DNA of 64,000 bases from an uncultured Chloroflexia bacterium. Its GTDB lineage: Bacteria > Chloroflexota > Limnocylindria > QHBO01. Shown here in pieces: positions 53,072-62,995 of this stretch. Made by a program: the position numbers and the translations under genes. Location: NCBI GenBank assembly GCA_963783495.1, contig CAWANT010000006.1, positions 199,799 through 263,798 on the forward strand, read 5' to 3'. Numbering within the stretch: position 1 is the first letter of the stretch; every line of letters begins with the position of its first letter. The notes below the pieces were generated by a model. The model made no database searches and was not told where the DNA came from. It saw only the letters and a program-made list of their open reading frames with translations.

Positions 53072-54566
53072 GCGCCGACGGTCGCTGGCTCGGCCTCGCT
53101 CCCGTCGCCGGTCGCCGCGCCTGCGTGGCCACTCCAACACGAACGATGCACGCGGCCGCCGCTCCTCCAGGCGCACGGTTCCGCCCTGCGCCTGCATCGC
53201 CGCGTTGACCAGGAAGAGGCCCAGCCCCAGCCCGCGACCGGAGCCGACTCGCTCGCGGAAGATCACCTCGGCCACGTCGTCGGGGATGCCCGGGCCGGCG
53301 TCGCGAACGCGGAGCAGCGGCGCCTCGCGGCCATCGATCTCGACCTCCACCGGCGCGTTCGGCTGCGAGTAGCGGTCGGCGTTGGTCAGCAGGTTGGTGA
53401 TCGCCTGCTCGGTCAGGCCGCCGATCGCCATGCACCACCGAGTCGCCATGAGCGACGACGCGCACCTCGCGCTCGCTGCCCTGCGCCCGCAGGCGCTCAA
53501 TGCCGGCGTCCGACCGCCTCGCGCAGGTCGAACGGGCTCCTGGCCGGCGTCCAGCCGGCCCGCCTCTGCCCGCGAGAAGAGCTCCAGCCGCTCGAGGATG
53601 CCGATGGCCGCATCGACCGATTCCAGCGCCCGCGCCCCATGGTCGACGCCACGACCGGCTTCACGGCCGCGGTTGGCGAGCTCGATCCGTGCCTTGGCCA
53701 CCGCCAGCGGGTTGCGCAGCTCGTGCGCCACGAAGCTGGCGAAGCGAGACAGGCGCCGCCGCTCGTCGACTTCCTTGCCCACGTCGCGCAGCAGCAGGAC
53801 GCTGCCGCCGTCCGGCAGGGGCGTGCCCTCCACGTCGACCAGCAGGTCGCGTCCCGACATCGGCAGGCGCACCAGCACCCGTTGCCGCGAAGGCCCCGTT
53901 CGTGCCCGCACCTGCGGCCACTCCTCGCGCGGCAGCGGACTCCCGCCTTCGTCGCGCGGCTCGACGACGCGCGCCCAATCCTCCAGCGGCCGATCGTAGA
54001 AGCTCCGCCCGAACGTGCGCAGGGCGGCGTTGTTGGCGAAGGTGCCCAGCCCATCGGCGTCCGTAGACGATCAGGGGCTCGGGGATGGCCTGTGCCACCT
54101 CCGCCAGCCGGGCCCGCTCGCGATCGACCTGCTCCAAGGCATCGCGCACCTCGAAGCCGGGCCGCGTCGGCCGCCAGCCTGCGCCTGGTTGGCCTGCTCC
54201 TCCGCGGCGCGGCTGGCCCGCCAGGCAGCTCGATCCGCGCGCTGTTGCCACTCCGAGCGCAGCCCCAGCACGATGACCACCGGCGAGCCGAAGGCGAAGA
54301 CCATGAGGCGCAGGACGTCCGGCTCGGCCATGGCCGCTCCGGTCGGCGGCAGCGAGGCCAGCGAGCAGGATCACGCCCGCGACGACGTAGGCGATGAGCG
54401 CGGGAATGGCTCCCAGGCTCAGGCCGATGAGCGTGATGACCAGCACCACCAGCACGACGTACGGCGCCGATTGCGCCGTGGTCGAGGCCAGCCACAGCGA
54501 CAGTCCCGCCGCCGCGCCTCCCAGCACGGCGCCCAGGACCGCGTCGCGAATGTCTCGCCGCGTCAC
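53068..54566 (-). CDS. membrane sensor histidine kinase with PAS-like domain (frame-disrupted)
   Basis: TM region comes from ORFs 53661..54566 and 54071..54331. The H-box FVAHELRNPLAV, LTNADRYS, VRDAGPGIP and GLGLGLFLV come from ORF 51941..53911. Confidence 0.8.
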
Positions 54567-55813
54567 CTCAGCGCCGAAGCCTGGCGCACGCCCGCAGCGA
54601 CAACGTCAACCGGCAATGGATCGTCGGCCGGGTCCGGGATCCGGCGGCTGCGGGTGGTTGCTGCGGCCCGTTCGCGTCCCGCACTGCGGCACGCTCGCGC
54701 GCACGAACCAGCCGGCGACGCGCGGCCGCGATGCGCCGCACGGGATCGCCGCCGATCCGGCGGCGATCCAGCGCCTCGGGATGATCGCCGCGCGCCAGCG
54801 CCGCCAGCAACGAGGAGGCGCGATCGAGCTGGCCCGCCTCGGTCAGCAGCTGCACGATGCTGAACCAGCGCGCGGGCTCGGTTACCCGCTGGGACGCGAC
54901 CCGCTCGACGATCTCCGCGGCACGCCCGACGTGGCCGGCCCGGCGCAGCGCCACGATCGTGGCGCGCACGTCCGGGATGCCCGGCTCCATGTCGAGCGCC
55001 TCCAGGTAGTTGAGCAGCAGCTCGGCCGCCTCGGCCCGATCCTCGACCGTGCCGCGTCGCACGCGCTGGTCGCGAAACTCGCCGAGCAGCGCCCGCAGCT
55101 CGCGGTCCACCCATCGGCGCTGGCTGCTGCTGGGCGGGATACCGCTCGGCCACCTGGCGCAGGAAGCCGATGCCGCGCAGCAGCATGCCGGTGCTGACGT
55201 AGGCGGCTCGCAGGTCCGCCTGCACCAGCGTGTCGAAGGCATCGTCCAGGTCGATCAGGCGCTCCATCGTGCCGATCCAGTCCTCGATGCTGGCCCCGAT
55301 CCCGGTAGTAGCCGGCCGCGTAACGCAGCCAGTAGCGCTCGCCGTGCGTGCGCCAATCCTCGCCGGTGATGTGGTTGGCCACGATCCAGGCGTTCTGCAC
55401 GCTGGGCCCCGCCATGAACACGTCAACGGGGACGCGGAACCCCGCCACGTTGCGCCACTGCGGCTGGTGCCAGCGGCTCGGCGGCTGGGCCGCGCGGGGG
55501 ACGCGGCGCCGTCGGGCGGGAGCCGGCGATCTCGTCCGACCTCCAGCGGCCAGTCCAGGGTCGCCGCCGTGCCGCGCTCGAGGTCGTGGTCGTAATGCAG
55601 GCGGCGCAGCGGATCGCGCAGCTCGCGCCATGCCCGGTTGAGGACGGCGGTGCGGCGGGTGGCCAGCTGGCTGGCCGTGGCGCGATCGGGATGGTGGCGC
55701 AGCACGGCATCGCGGAACGCGGCGCGCAGCTCCGCGGACGTGGCGGAGGGTTCGGCGCCAAGCACCTCGTAGTAGTCGCGCTCCTCGGTGCGTGCCTCGC
55801 GATCGACGGCCAT
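54563..55813 (-). CDS. J-domain (DnaJ-like) protein with TPR-like helical C-terminal region (frame-disrupted)
   Basis: ORF 54563..55813 opens DYYEVLGAEPSATSAELRAAFRDAVLRHHPDR (HPD). The middle comes from ORF 54882..55910 (NAWIVANHITGEDWRTHGERYWLRYAAGYY). The tail comes from ORF 54568..55242 (ELLLNYLEALDMEPGIPDVRATIVALRRAGHVGRAAEI). Confidence 0.65.
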   Translation of the reverse strand: MAVDREARTEERDYYEVLGAEPSATSAELRAAFRDAVLRHHPDRATASQLATRRTAVLNRAWRELRDPLRRLHYDHDLERGTAATLDWPLEVGRDRRLPPDGAASPARPSRRAAGTSRSGATWRGSASPLTCSWRGPACRTPGSWPTTSPARIGARTASATGCVTRPATTGIGASIEDWIGTMERLIDLDDAFDTLVQADLRAAYVSTGMLLRGIGFLRQVAERYPAQQQPAPMGGPRAAGAARRVSRPARATRHGRGSGRGGRAAAQLPGGARHGAGHPGRARHDRGAAPGRPRRACRGDRRAGRVPAGNRARALVQHRAAADRGGPARSRLLVAGGAGARRSSRGAGSPPDRRRSRAAHRGRASPAGSCARACRSAGRERAAATTRSRRIPDPADDPLPVDVVAAGVRQASALR

Positions 55814-55879
55814 CCGGCGAGGATACGACGCCCGTCACCTCGCCGTCCGAGCGGGCGCGACGGTAGACTGCGGCGCGAC

Positions 55880-56877
55880 ATGCCTCCCACCGAGCGGTCC
55901 GGCGGGCCACGCGCCGGGCACCTGCTGATCATCGGCGGCGCCGAGGACAAGCTGCGACAGCGCCAGATCCTGTCGCGCTTCGCCTCCCTGGCCGGCGGGG
56001 CCGATGCGCGCGTGGCGGTCATCTCGACGGCGTCCTCGCTGGGCGACGAGGCCACCGAGCTGTACCAGTCACTCTTCCGCTCGCTGGGCATCCCCGAGGT
56101 GCGCGGCCTGCGGCCCGCTGACCCGCGAGGACGCCAACCAGCCGGCGGCGATCGAGGCGGTCCGCGACGCGACCGGCATCTTCATGACCGGCGGCAACCA
56201 GCTGCGCCTGTCGAGCGTGATCGGCGGGACCGGGCTCGGACGGGCGATCATCGATCGGCACAAGCACGGCGTGATCGTGGCCGGCACCAGCGCCGGCGCC
56301 TCGGCCATCAGCACCCACATGGTCGCCTTCGGCACCAGCGGCACGACGCCCGAAGCAGCGCATGACCCAGATGAGCGCCGGCCTCGGCCTGCTGCCGGGC
56401 GTGATCATCGACCAGCACTTCGAGCAGCGGAACCGGATCGGCCGGCTGCTGGCGCTGGTGGCGCAGTCCCCCGCCCTGCTGGGCATGGGCATCGACGAGG
56501 ACACCGCCGCGCTGGTCACCCCGGCCGGGATGATGGAGGTGCTGGGCAAGGGATCGGTCACCATCCTGGATCCGGCCAAGCTTCAGACCGACGCCTACGA
56601 GGTGAAGCGTCACAAGCCGATCATGGTCAGCGGCGTGATCCTGCACTCGCTCCCCTCGGGCTATCGGTTCGACCTCCGCAAGCGGCGCCTGCGCGCGCCG
56701 CTGCGGCCGGTGTCGGCCACCGATCGCGAGCTGGCCCGCATCGCCAGCGCCTCGAACGTCACCCGCCGCCTGATCCGCCGCATCGCGGCGGAGGGCGCCG
56801 ATGACACCGCCCCGGAGCGGGCACGGCGCCGTCGGGCCCTCAGCGCCCGCCGCCTGGACGAGGAGGCCAGCGAATGA
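55880..56877 (+). CDS. cphB: cyanophycinase (S51 peptidase; two frame breaks)
   Basis: ORF 55586..56365 from MPPTERSGGPRAGHLLIIGGAEDK, ORF 56004..56804 (IFMTGGNQLRL...VIVAGTSAGASA) and ORF 56362..56877 (GVIIDQHFEQRNRIGRLL...GIDEDTA). Confidence 0.88.
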
Positions 56878-59713
56878 GCACCGGCGCGCGCCAAGCGGCC
56901 GATCGCCTCGCGGTCGAAGGCGAAGGTGGAGCGCACGCGCGGCCAGCCGCAAGAAGCTCAAGCCGGCGGGCGAGCTGAAGATCGTCGAGACGCGCGTCTT
57001 CCGCGGGCCGAACTACTGGAGCTACGACCCGGCCATCAAGCTGGTCGTCGACCTGGGCGTGCTGGAGCAGTTCCCGTCGAACACCATCCCCGGCTTCGTG
57101 GAAGGGTTGCTGGACATGCGTGCCCGGCGGTCGGCAGCCACTCGTGCGGCACCGGCCGCGCCGGGCGGCTTCGAGGGGCGACTGCAGCGAGGGCACCTGG
57201 CTGGGCCACGTGGCCGAGCACGTGGCGCTGCAGCTCCAGCGCGAGGCCGGCACCGAGGTCGGCCGCGGCAAGACGCGCAGCACCGGCGAGCCCGGGCGCT
57301 ACCACGTCGTCTACTCGTTCGGCGAGGAGAGCGTGGGACTGGCGGCCGGGCGCCTGGCCGTCCGGCTGGTCAACCACCTGGTCACGCCAGAGCCCGACTT
57401 CGACTTCCGGGTCGAATTCGAGAAGCTGGTCCTGCTGGCCGAGCGGGCCGCCTTCGGCCCGTCGACCCAGGCCATCCTGGACGAGGCCGCCCTGCGCGAC
57501 ATCCCGTCCATCCGCCTGAACGAGCAGTCGCTGGTCCAGCTGGGCCACGGCGTCCACCAGCAGCGCATCCGGGCAACCATGACCAGCCAGACCAGCTCGC
57601 TGGGCGTCGACATCGCGTCCGACAAGAAGCTGACCAACAAGCTGCTGGCGGCGACCGGCGTGCCGGTGCCGCGCTCCGAGGTGGTGCGCAACGAACAGGA
57701 GGCGTCCGCCGCGGCCGCCACCATCGGCTACCCGGTCGCGATCAAGCCGCTGGACGGCAACCACGGCCGGGGCGTGATGCTCAACCTGGCCGATGACGCC
57801 GCCGTGCGGGCCGGCTACGCCGCCGCCCGCGCCGAGTCGCGGCAGTGGCGGGGTGGTGGTCGAGTCGTACCTCACCGGCAACGACTACCGCTGCCTGGTG
57901 ATCGGCGGGGTGCTGCGGGCGGTGGCCCAGCGCGTGCCGGCGCACGTCGTGGGCGACGGCGAGCACAGCCTGGCCGAGCTGGTCGAGATCACCAACGCCG
58001 ATCCGCGGCGCGGGATCGGTCACGAGAAGGTGCTGACCCGCATCAAGGTCGACGACGAGTCAATCACCTATGCCCGCGAGCAGGGCTTCGAGATGGGCGA
58101 CGTCCCGCCACGCGGCGTGCGGGTCTTCCTGAAGCGCACCGGCAACATGAGCACCGGCGGCATCAGCATCGACCGGACCGATGAGGCGCACCCCGACAAC
58201 GTCGAGATCGCCGAGCTGGCGGCGCGGGTGGTGGGCCTGGACATCGCCGGCATCGACTTCATCTGCCCCGACATCAGCGTGCCGGTGCGCGAGACCGGCG
58301 GCGGCATCGTGGAGGTCAACGCCGCGCCGGGCTTCCGGATGCACACCCATCCGACCGAGGGCGAGGCGCAGTACGTGGCCAAGCCGGTGATCGATGCGCT
58401 CTTCCCGCCCGGCAGCCCGTCGCGCATCCCGATCGTGGCGGTGACCGGCAGCAACGGCAAGACGACCACCGCCCGGATGATCTCGCACGTCATGAAGGGG
58501 ATGGGTCGCAAGGTCGGCATGACCTCGACCGATGGCATCTTCGTCGACGGCCGGCCGGTGCGGAAGGGCGACTCATCGGGCCCGCGATCGGCCTCCACCG
58601 TGCTCCAGAACCCGACCGTCGACTTCGCGGTGTTCGAGGTGGCGCGCGGCGGCATCCTGCGCGAGGGCCTGGGCTACCAGCGCAACGACGTGGCGGTGGT
58701 CCTGAACGTGACCGGCGACCACCTGGGGCTGGCCGGCATCAACTCGATCCGCCAGCTGGCCAACGTCAAGCAGGTCGTGGTCGAGGCCGTGCCGCGCGAC
58801 GGGACGGCGGTCCTCAACGCCGACGACCCGCTGGTCGCCGCCATGGGCCGCCACTGCTCCGGATCGGTCATCTACTTCAGCATGGATCCGGACAACGAGC
58901 TGATCAAGCGCCAGGCCTCGCGCGGGCGGCGGGCAGTGACGCTCGAGCCGGGCCGCAACGGCGAGATGATCGTGCTGCGGCAGGGGCGCAAGTCGATGCC
59001 ACTGGTCTGGACCCACCTGCTGCCGGCGACCTTCGAGGGGCGGGCGCGGATGAACGTCCAGAACGCGCTGGCCGCCACCGGCGCAGCCTGGGCGGCCGGC
59101 GCCCACCTGCACGACATCCGGCAGGGCCTGCGCACCTTCACCACCAGCTACTTCATGGCGCCGGGCCGATTGAACATGTTCGAGCTGGACGGCTACCGGG
59201 TGATCGTCGACTACGCCCACAACCCGCCGGCCGTGCGCTCCCTGGGCGAGTTCGTCGACCAGCTGAGCCGAGCCGTCGACCACGGGTCGCCGGCCGCTGG
59301 TCACCGGCCGCCGCATCGGCGTCATGGCCACCGCCGGCGACCGGCGCGATGAGGACATCGTGGAGCTGGGCCGGACCGCCGCGCGCTACTTCGACACGCT
59401 GATCCTGCGCGAGGACGCGAACAATCGCGGCCGGCCGCCGCGGCGAGACGGCCGCCCTGATCGAGAAGGGCGTGCGCGCCGAGATGGCCGCCGGCGCGCC
59501 GCGCCGAGACGGTGGAGACCGTGCTGGACGAGCTGGAGGCGACCCGGCGCGCGCTGGACCTGGGGAGCGACGGCGACCTGATCGTGGTCTGCGTCGACCA
59601 CGCCAACGACGTGTGGAAAGAGCTGCAGCGCCGCCAGCACGGCGCCTCCAGCGGCGCCATGTCGGCAGTCACCCGCCTGGGCGACCGAGGACGGGATCGA
59701 GGTCGAGGCCTAG
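56874..59713 (+). CDS. cphA: cyanophycin synthetase (N + ATP-grasp + Mur-ligase domains; frame-disrupted; true start may be the CTG at 56975)
   Basis: Fragments:
- 56801..57796: LKIVETRVFRGPNYWSY
- 57120..58184: WLGHVAEHVALQLQ; KKLTNKLLAATGVPVP...GYPVAIKPLDGNHGRGV
- 57793..59352: IVEVNAAPGFRMH; IVAVTGSNGKTTTARM; DYAHNP
- 59324.., 59472.. and 59512..: tail
My reading ends GIEVEA* at 59711-59713. Confidence 0.9.
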
Positions 59714-61344
59714 CCCGCCGACAGCAGCTCGCGCAGGCGGTTCGATGGGCACCGGCTGATAGCCCGCGGATTCCAGCCAATCGGCGATCTCGCTGCGCTC
59801 GACGTGGGTCATGACCGCCACCACGTCGCCTTTCCTGGCCCGTCGCTCCAGTGCCTGCAGCGCGGTCAGCTCGCTCGGGATGCGCCTCGACCTTGCCGGC
59901 GAAGCCGCCCTCCTTGCACACCGGCGCGCAGGATCCGGTTCATCGCCCCCAGGTCGCGGCCGCGCAGGTAGTGGCGCTTCTCGCAGATGACGACGTCGTC
60001 GGCGCCCGCGCCGGCCAGGCGGCCCAGGTTGCGCAGGATCTCATCGGTCCGGTCGCCGGCCGTGCCCAGCGCCAGCCGGACCTTGCCCCGGCGGCGGCCA
60101 CCGCCGGGTCGCGTGACAAGCTGGCGTGACACGTCCAGCAGCCCCTGCAGGCCGGCCTCGTTGTGGGCGAAGTCGATCAGCACCAGCGTGCCGCGTCCGC
60201 TCGTAGAGGTTGAGGCGTCCGGGGTTGGCGCCGGTGTCGAGCGTGAAGGAGCGCAGGCCCGCCGCGATCCGCCTGGCCGAAATGCCGAGCGCGTCAGCGG
60301 CGGCGGCGGCGGCCAGCGCATTGGCCACGTTGTAGGTGGAGAGCCCGCCGAAGGTGACCGGCAGCTCGGCGACCGGTGGCGATCTGCCGTGGCGACCGAC
60401 CGGCGCGCAGCAGGGTGACGACGCCGTCCCGCACGACGGCGGCCCGTCCGCCGCGCTCCAGCGCCTCGCGCACGCCGGGGCTGTCCGGCTCCAGGCTGAA
60501 CGCGTACCAGCCGGCGCGCGTCTCGCGCCGCATCGCCCACACCCGCGGGTCGTCGGCGTTCAGCACCGCCCATCCGCCTCGCCGCGTGATGCGCACGATG
60601 GTGGCCTTCACCTCGGCCAGCTCGTCGACGGTGTCGATCCCCTGCAGGCCAAGGTGGTCGGCCGAGACGTTGGTCACGACGGCCACGTCGTTGGCCGCAT
60701 AGCCGATGCCGCGCAGCAGGATCCCGCCGCGGGCCGTCTCGAGCACGGCGAGCTGCAGACCGGGCTCCGCCAGGACGCGACCCGCGCCGCCGAAGCCGGT
60801 CCAGTCGCCCGGCTCCACCAGCTCGTCGCGGACGTAGATGCCGTCCGAGTTGGTCATGCCGACCCGCCGGCCGGCCTCGCGCGCGATGTGCGCGATCAGG
60901 CGCGTGGTCGTGCTCTTGCCGTTGGTGCCGGTGACGGCCACCATCGGGCACGTCGCGGCGTCGGCAGGTGCGGGCGCGGACCCAGGCGCGATCGGCCCGC
61001 AGCGCGCGAAGCTCCCGGCGCTCGGTGGTGATGCCCAGGGCGACGCGCGAGGCGGCAGTGCCCACCGCCTGGGCGATGGCGCGACGATGCCAGGGGAAGG
61101 CGATCGCCGCCCGCCGGCGGTCGGCCGAGTCCGCGCATGGTGAGGCGCGGCGGGCTCAGGTCCAGGCCGGCGTACAGGTGCCGAACGACTTGCGCCGGCG
61201 ACGCGTGGCGACCGCGGCGGCGACGCCCGGCTCATCGGCGCCGAACTCGAGCTTGACGGCCGGCCGGGTGAAGAAGCGGTTCGGGCCGTCCAGCACGCGG
61301 AGCTCGAGCAGCTCGACCCCGTCGGCGCTGGCGGCCTGCGGCAT
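59710..61344 (-). CDS. CphA-like protein with cyanophycin-synthetase N-domain + Mur-ligase domain only, no ATP-grasp (frame-disrupted)
   Basis: Start MPQAASADGVELLELRVLDGPNRFFTRPAVKLEF lies inside ORF 61156..61839. The P-loop MVAVTGTNGKSTTTRL is only about 135 codons later (ORF 60294..61235). Then NVSADHLGL, STYNVANALAAAA (60041..60328), LIDFAHNEAGL and LGTAGDRTDE (59866..61065). My tail reading ends LRELLSAG*, sharing a CTAG with the cphA stop. Confidence 0.75.
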
Positions 61345-61367
61345 GGCCGGCAGTATACTCACGCGCC

Positions 61368-62542
61368 ATGCCGCCCCCGCCCAGCCTGCACGAGGCCGTC
61401 GCAGGCACGCCTGCCGCGGTACCTGGCGGAGCTGGAGGCGCTCGTCAACATCGATTGCGGCTCCTACACCGCGGCCGGCGTCAACCGCGTCGCCGACCGG
61501 GTGGCCGCCTCGCTGGCCGAGCTTGGCGCCGAGGTCGAGCGCATCCCCCACGCCGCCAGCGCCCGGCGAGCTGCAGCTCGGCGACCTCGTGATCGGCCAT
61601 CTCGCCGGCGACGGTCCGCGGCGCCTGCTGATCGGGCACATGGACACGGTCTTCGACGAGGGCACCTGCGCGGCGCGGCCGTACCACGTCAGCGGCGAGC
61701 CGCGCCCTGGGGCCCGGGCACCAGCGACATGAAGGGCGGGCTGCTGGCCGGCCTGCACGCCCTGGCCGCCCTGCAGGAAACCGGCGGGCGCCCGGCCGGT
61801 GACCTTCGTGGCCAACCCGGACGAGGAGATCGGCTCCATCTTCAGCGGCGCAGCACATCCGTCGCCTGGCGCCGGAGCACGACGTCAGCCTGGTGCTCGA
61901 GAGCGCCCGCGCCAGCGGCGCCATCGTCAGCGCGCGCAAGGGCATCGCCGACATCGAGCTCACGCTTCACCGGCCGCGCCGCGCACGCGGGCGTGGAGCC
62001 GGAGAAGGGCCGCTCCGCGATCCTGGCGGCCGCCCGGCAGGTGGTGGCCCTGCACGCGCTCAACGGTCGCTGGCCCGACGTGACCCTGAACGCGGGCGTG
62101 ATCGCCGGCGGCACGCGCCCGAACGTGGTGCCGGCCGAGTGCCGGCTGCAGGTGGACCTGCGCGCAGCCACGGCCGAGACCTTCGACGCCGCCCGCGCCG
62201 AGGTGGAGCGCCTCGTGATGGACGGCCCGGTCGAGGGCGTGACCTGCCAGGTCCGCGAGCTGGCAAGCCATCGGCCGATGGAGAAGACGCCCGCCACGGC
62301 CCGGCTGGCCGCGCTGGCCATCGACATCGCCGGCGAGCTGGGCTTCGACGCTGACCGACGCCGCAACCGGCGGCGCCAGCGACGCCAACACCACCGCGGG
62401 ACTCGGGGTGCCCACCCTGGACGGGCTCGGCCCCATCGGCGGTGACGACCATTCGGCCGATGAGTGGCTGGACCTGGCCAGCGTGGTGCCTCGCACCGCC
62501 TTGCTGGCCACGCTCATCGCCCGTGTCGGGGAGGCACTGTAG
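61368..62542 (+). CDS. M20-family metallopeptidase (carboxypeptidase-G2-like; at least 5 frame breaks)
   Basis: Fragments carry LLIGHMDTVF (60968..61732), GPGTSDMKGGLL and RFTGRAAHAGVEPEKGRSAI...NAGVIAGGTRPNVVP (61501..62445), and VANPDEEIGS (61799..). My reading of the tail gives GASDANTTAGLGVPTLDGLGPIGGDDHSADEWL...ARVGEAL*. Confidence 0.78.
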
Positions 62543-62554
62543 AATCGGCCCTCC

Positions 62555-62995
62555 GTGACTGACGACTTCCGCCACCGCACGCGCGTCGACGTGCGGTTCC
62601 GTGACATCGACGCCTTCGGGCACGTGAACAACGCCGTCGTCTCCAGCTACATCGAGCTCGCCCGGATTCGATACCTGGTCGACGTCTTGCAGGTGGAGCC
62701 GATCGGTGTGATGCCGCTGATCCTGGCGAACATCTCGATCGACTACCGCTCGCCGATCTTCTTCCAGGACACGGTGGAGATAGGCTCGCGGGTCGACTGG
62801 TTGGGCACCAGCAGCATCGGCATGTCGCACGAGCTGAATGCCGCGGCGGACGGCCGCGAGCTGGCCCGATCCTCATCGGTCCTGGTCACCTATGACTACG
62901 AGCGGGGCCGGCCCATGCGCGTGCCCGACGACTGGCGCGCCGCCCTGGCGGCGTACGAGGGGCACGCCCTGGAGCGACCGGTGGCCACCGCATGA
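62555..62995 (+). CDS. 4HBT/YbgC-type acyl-CoA thioesterase
   Basis: Intact 146-aa ORF with VDVRFRDIDAFGHVNNAVVSSYIE. GTG start. The stop overlaps the lpdA ATG (ATGA). Confidence 0.8.
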   Translation: MTDDFRHRTRVDVRFRDIDAFGHVNNAVVSSYIELARIRYLVDVLQVEPIGVMPLILANISIDYRSPIFFQDTVEIGSRVDWLGTSSIGMSHELNAAADGRELARSSSVLVTYDYERGRPMRVPDDWRAALAAYEGHALERPVATA

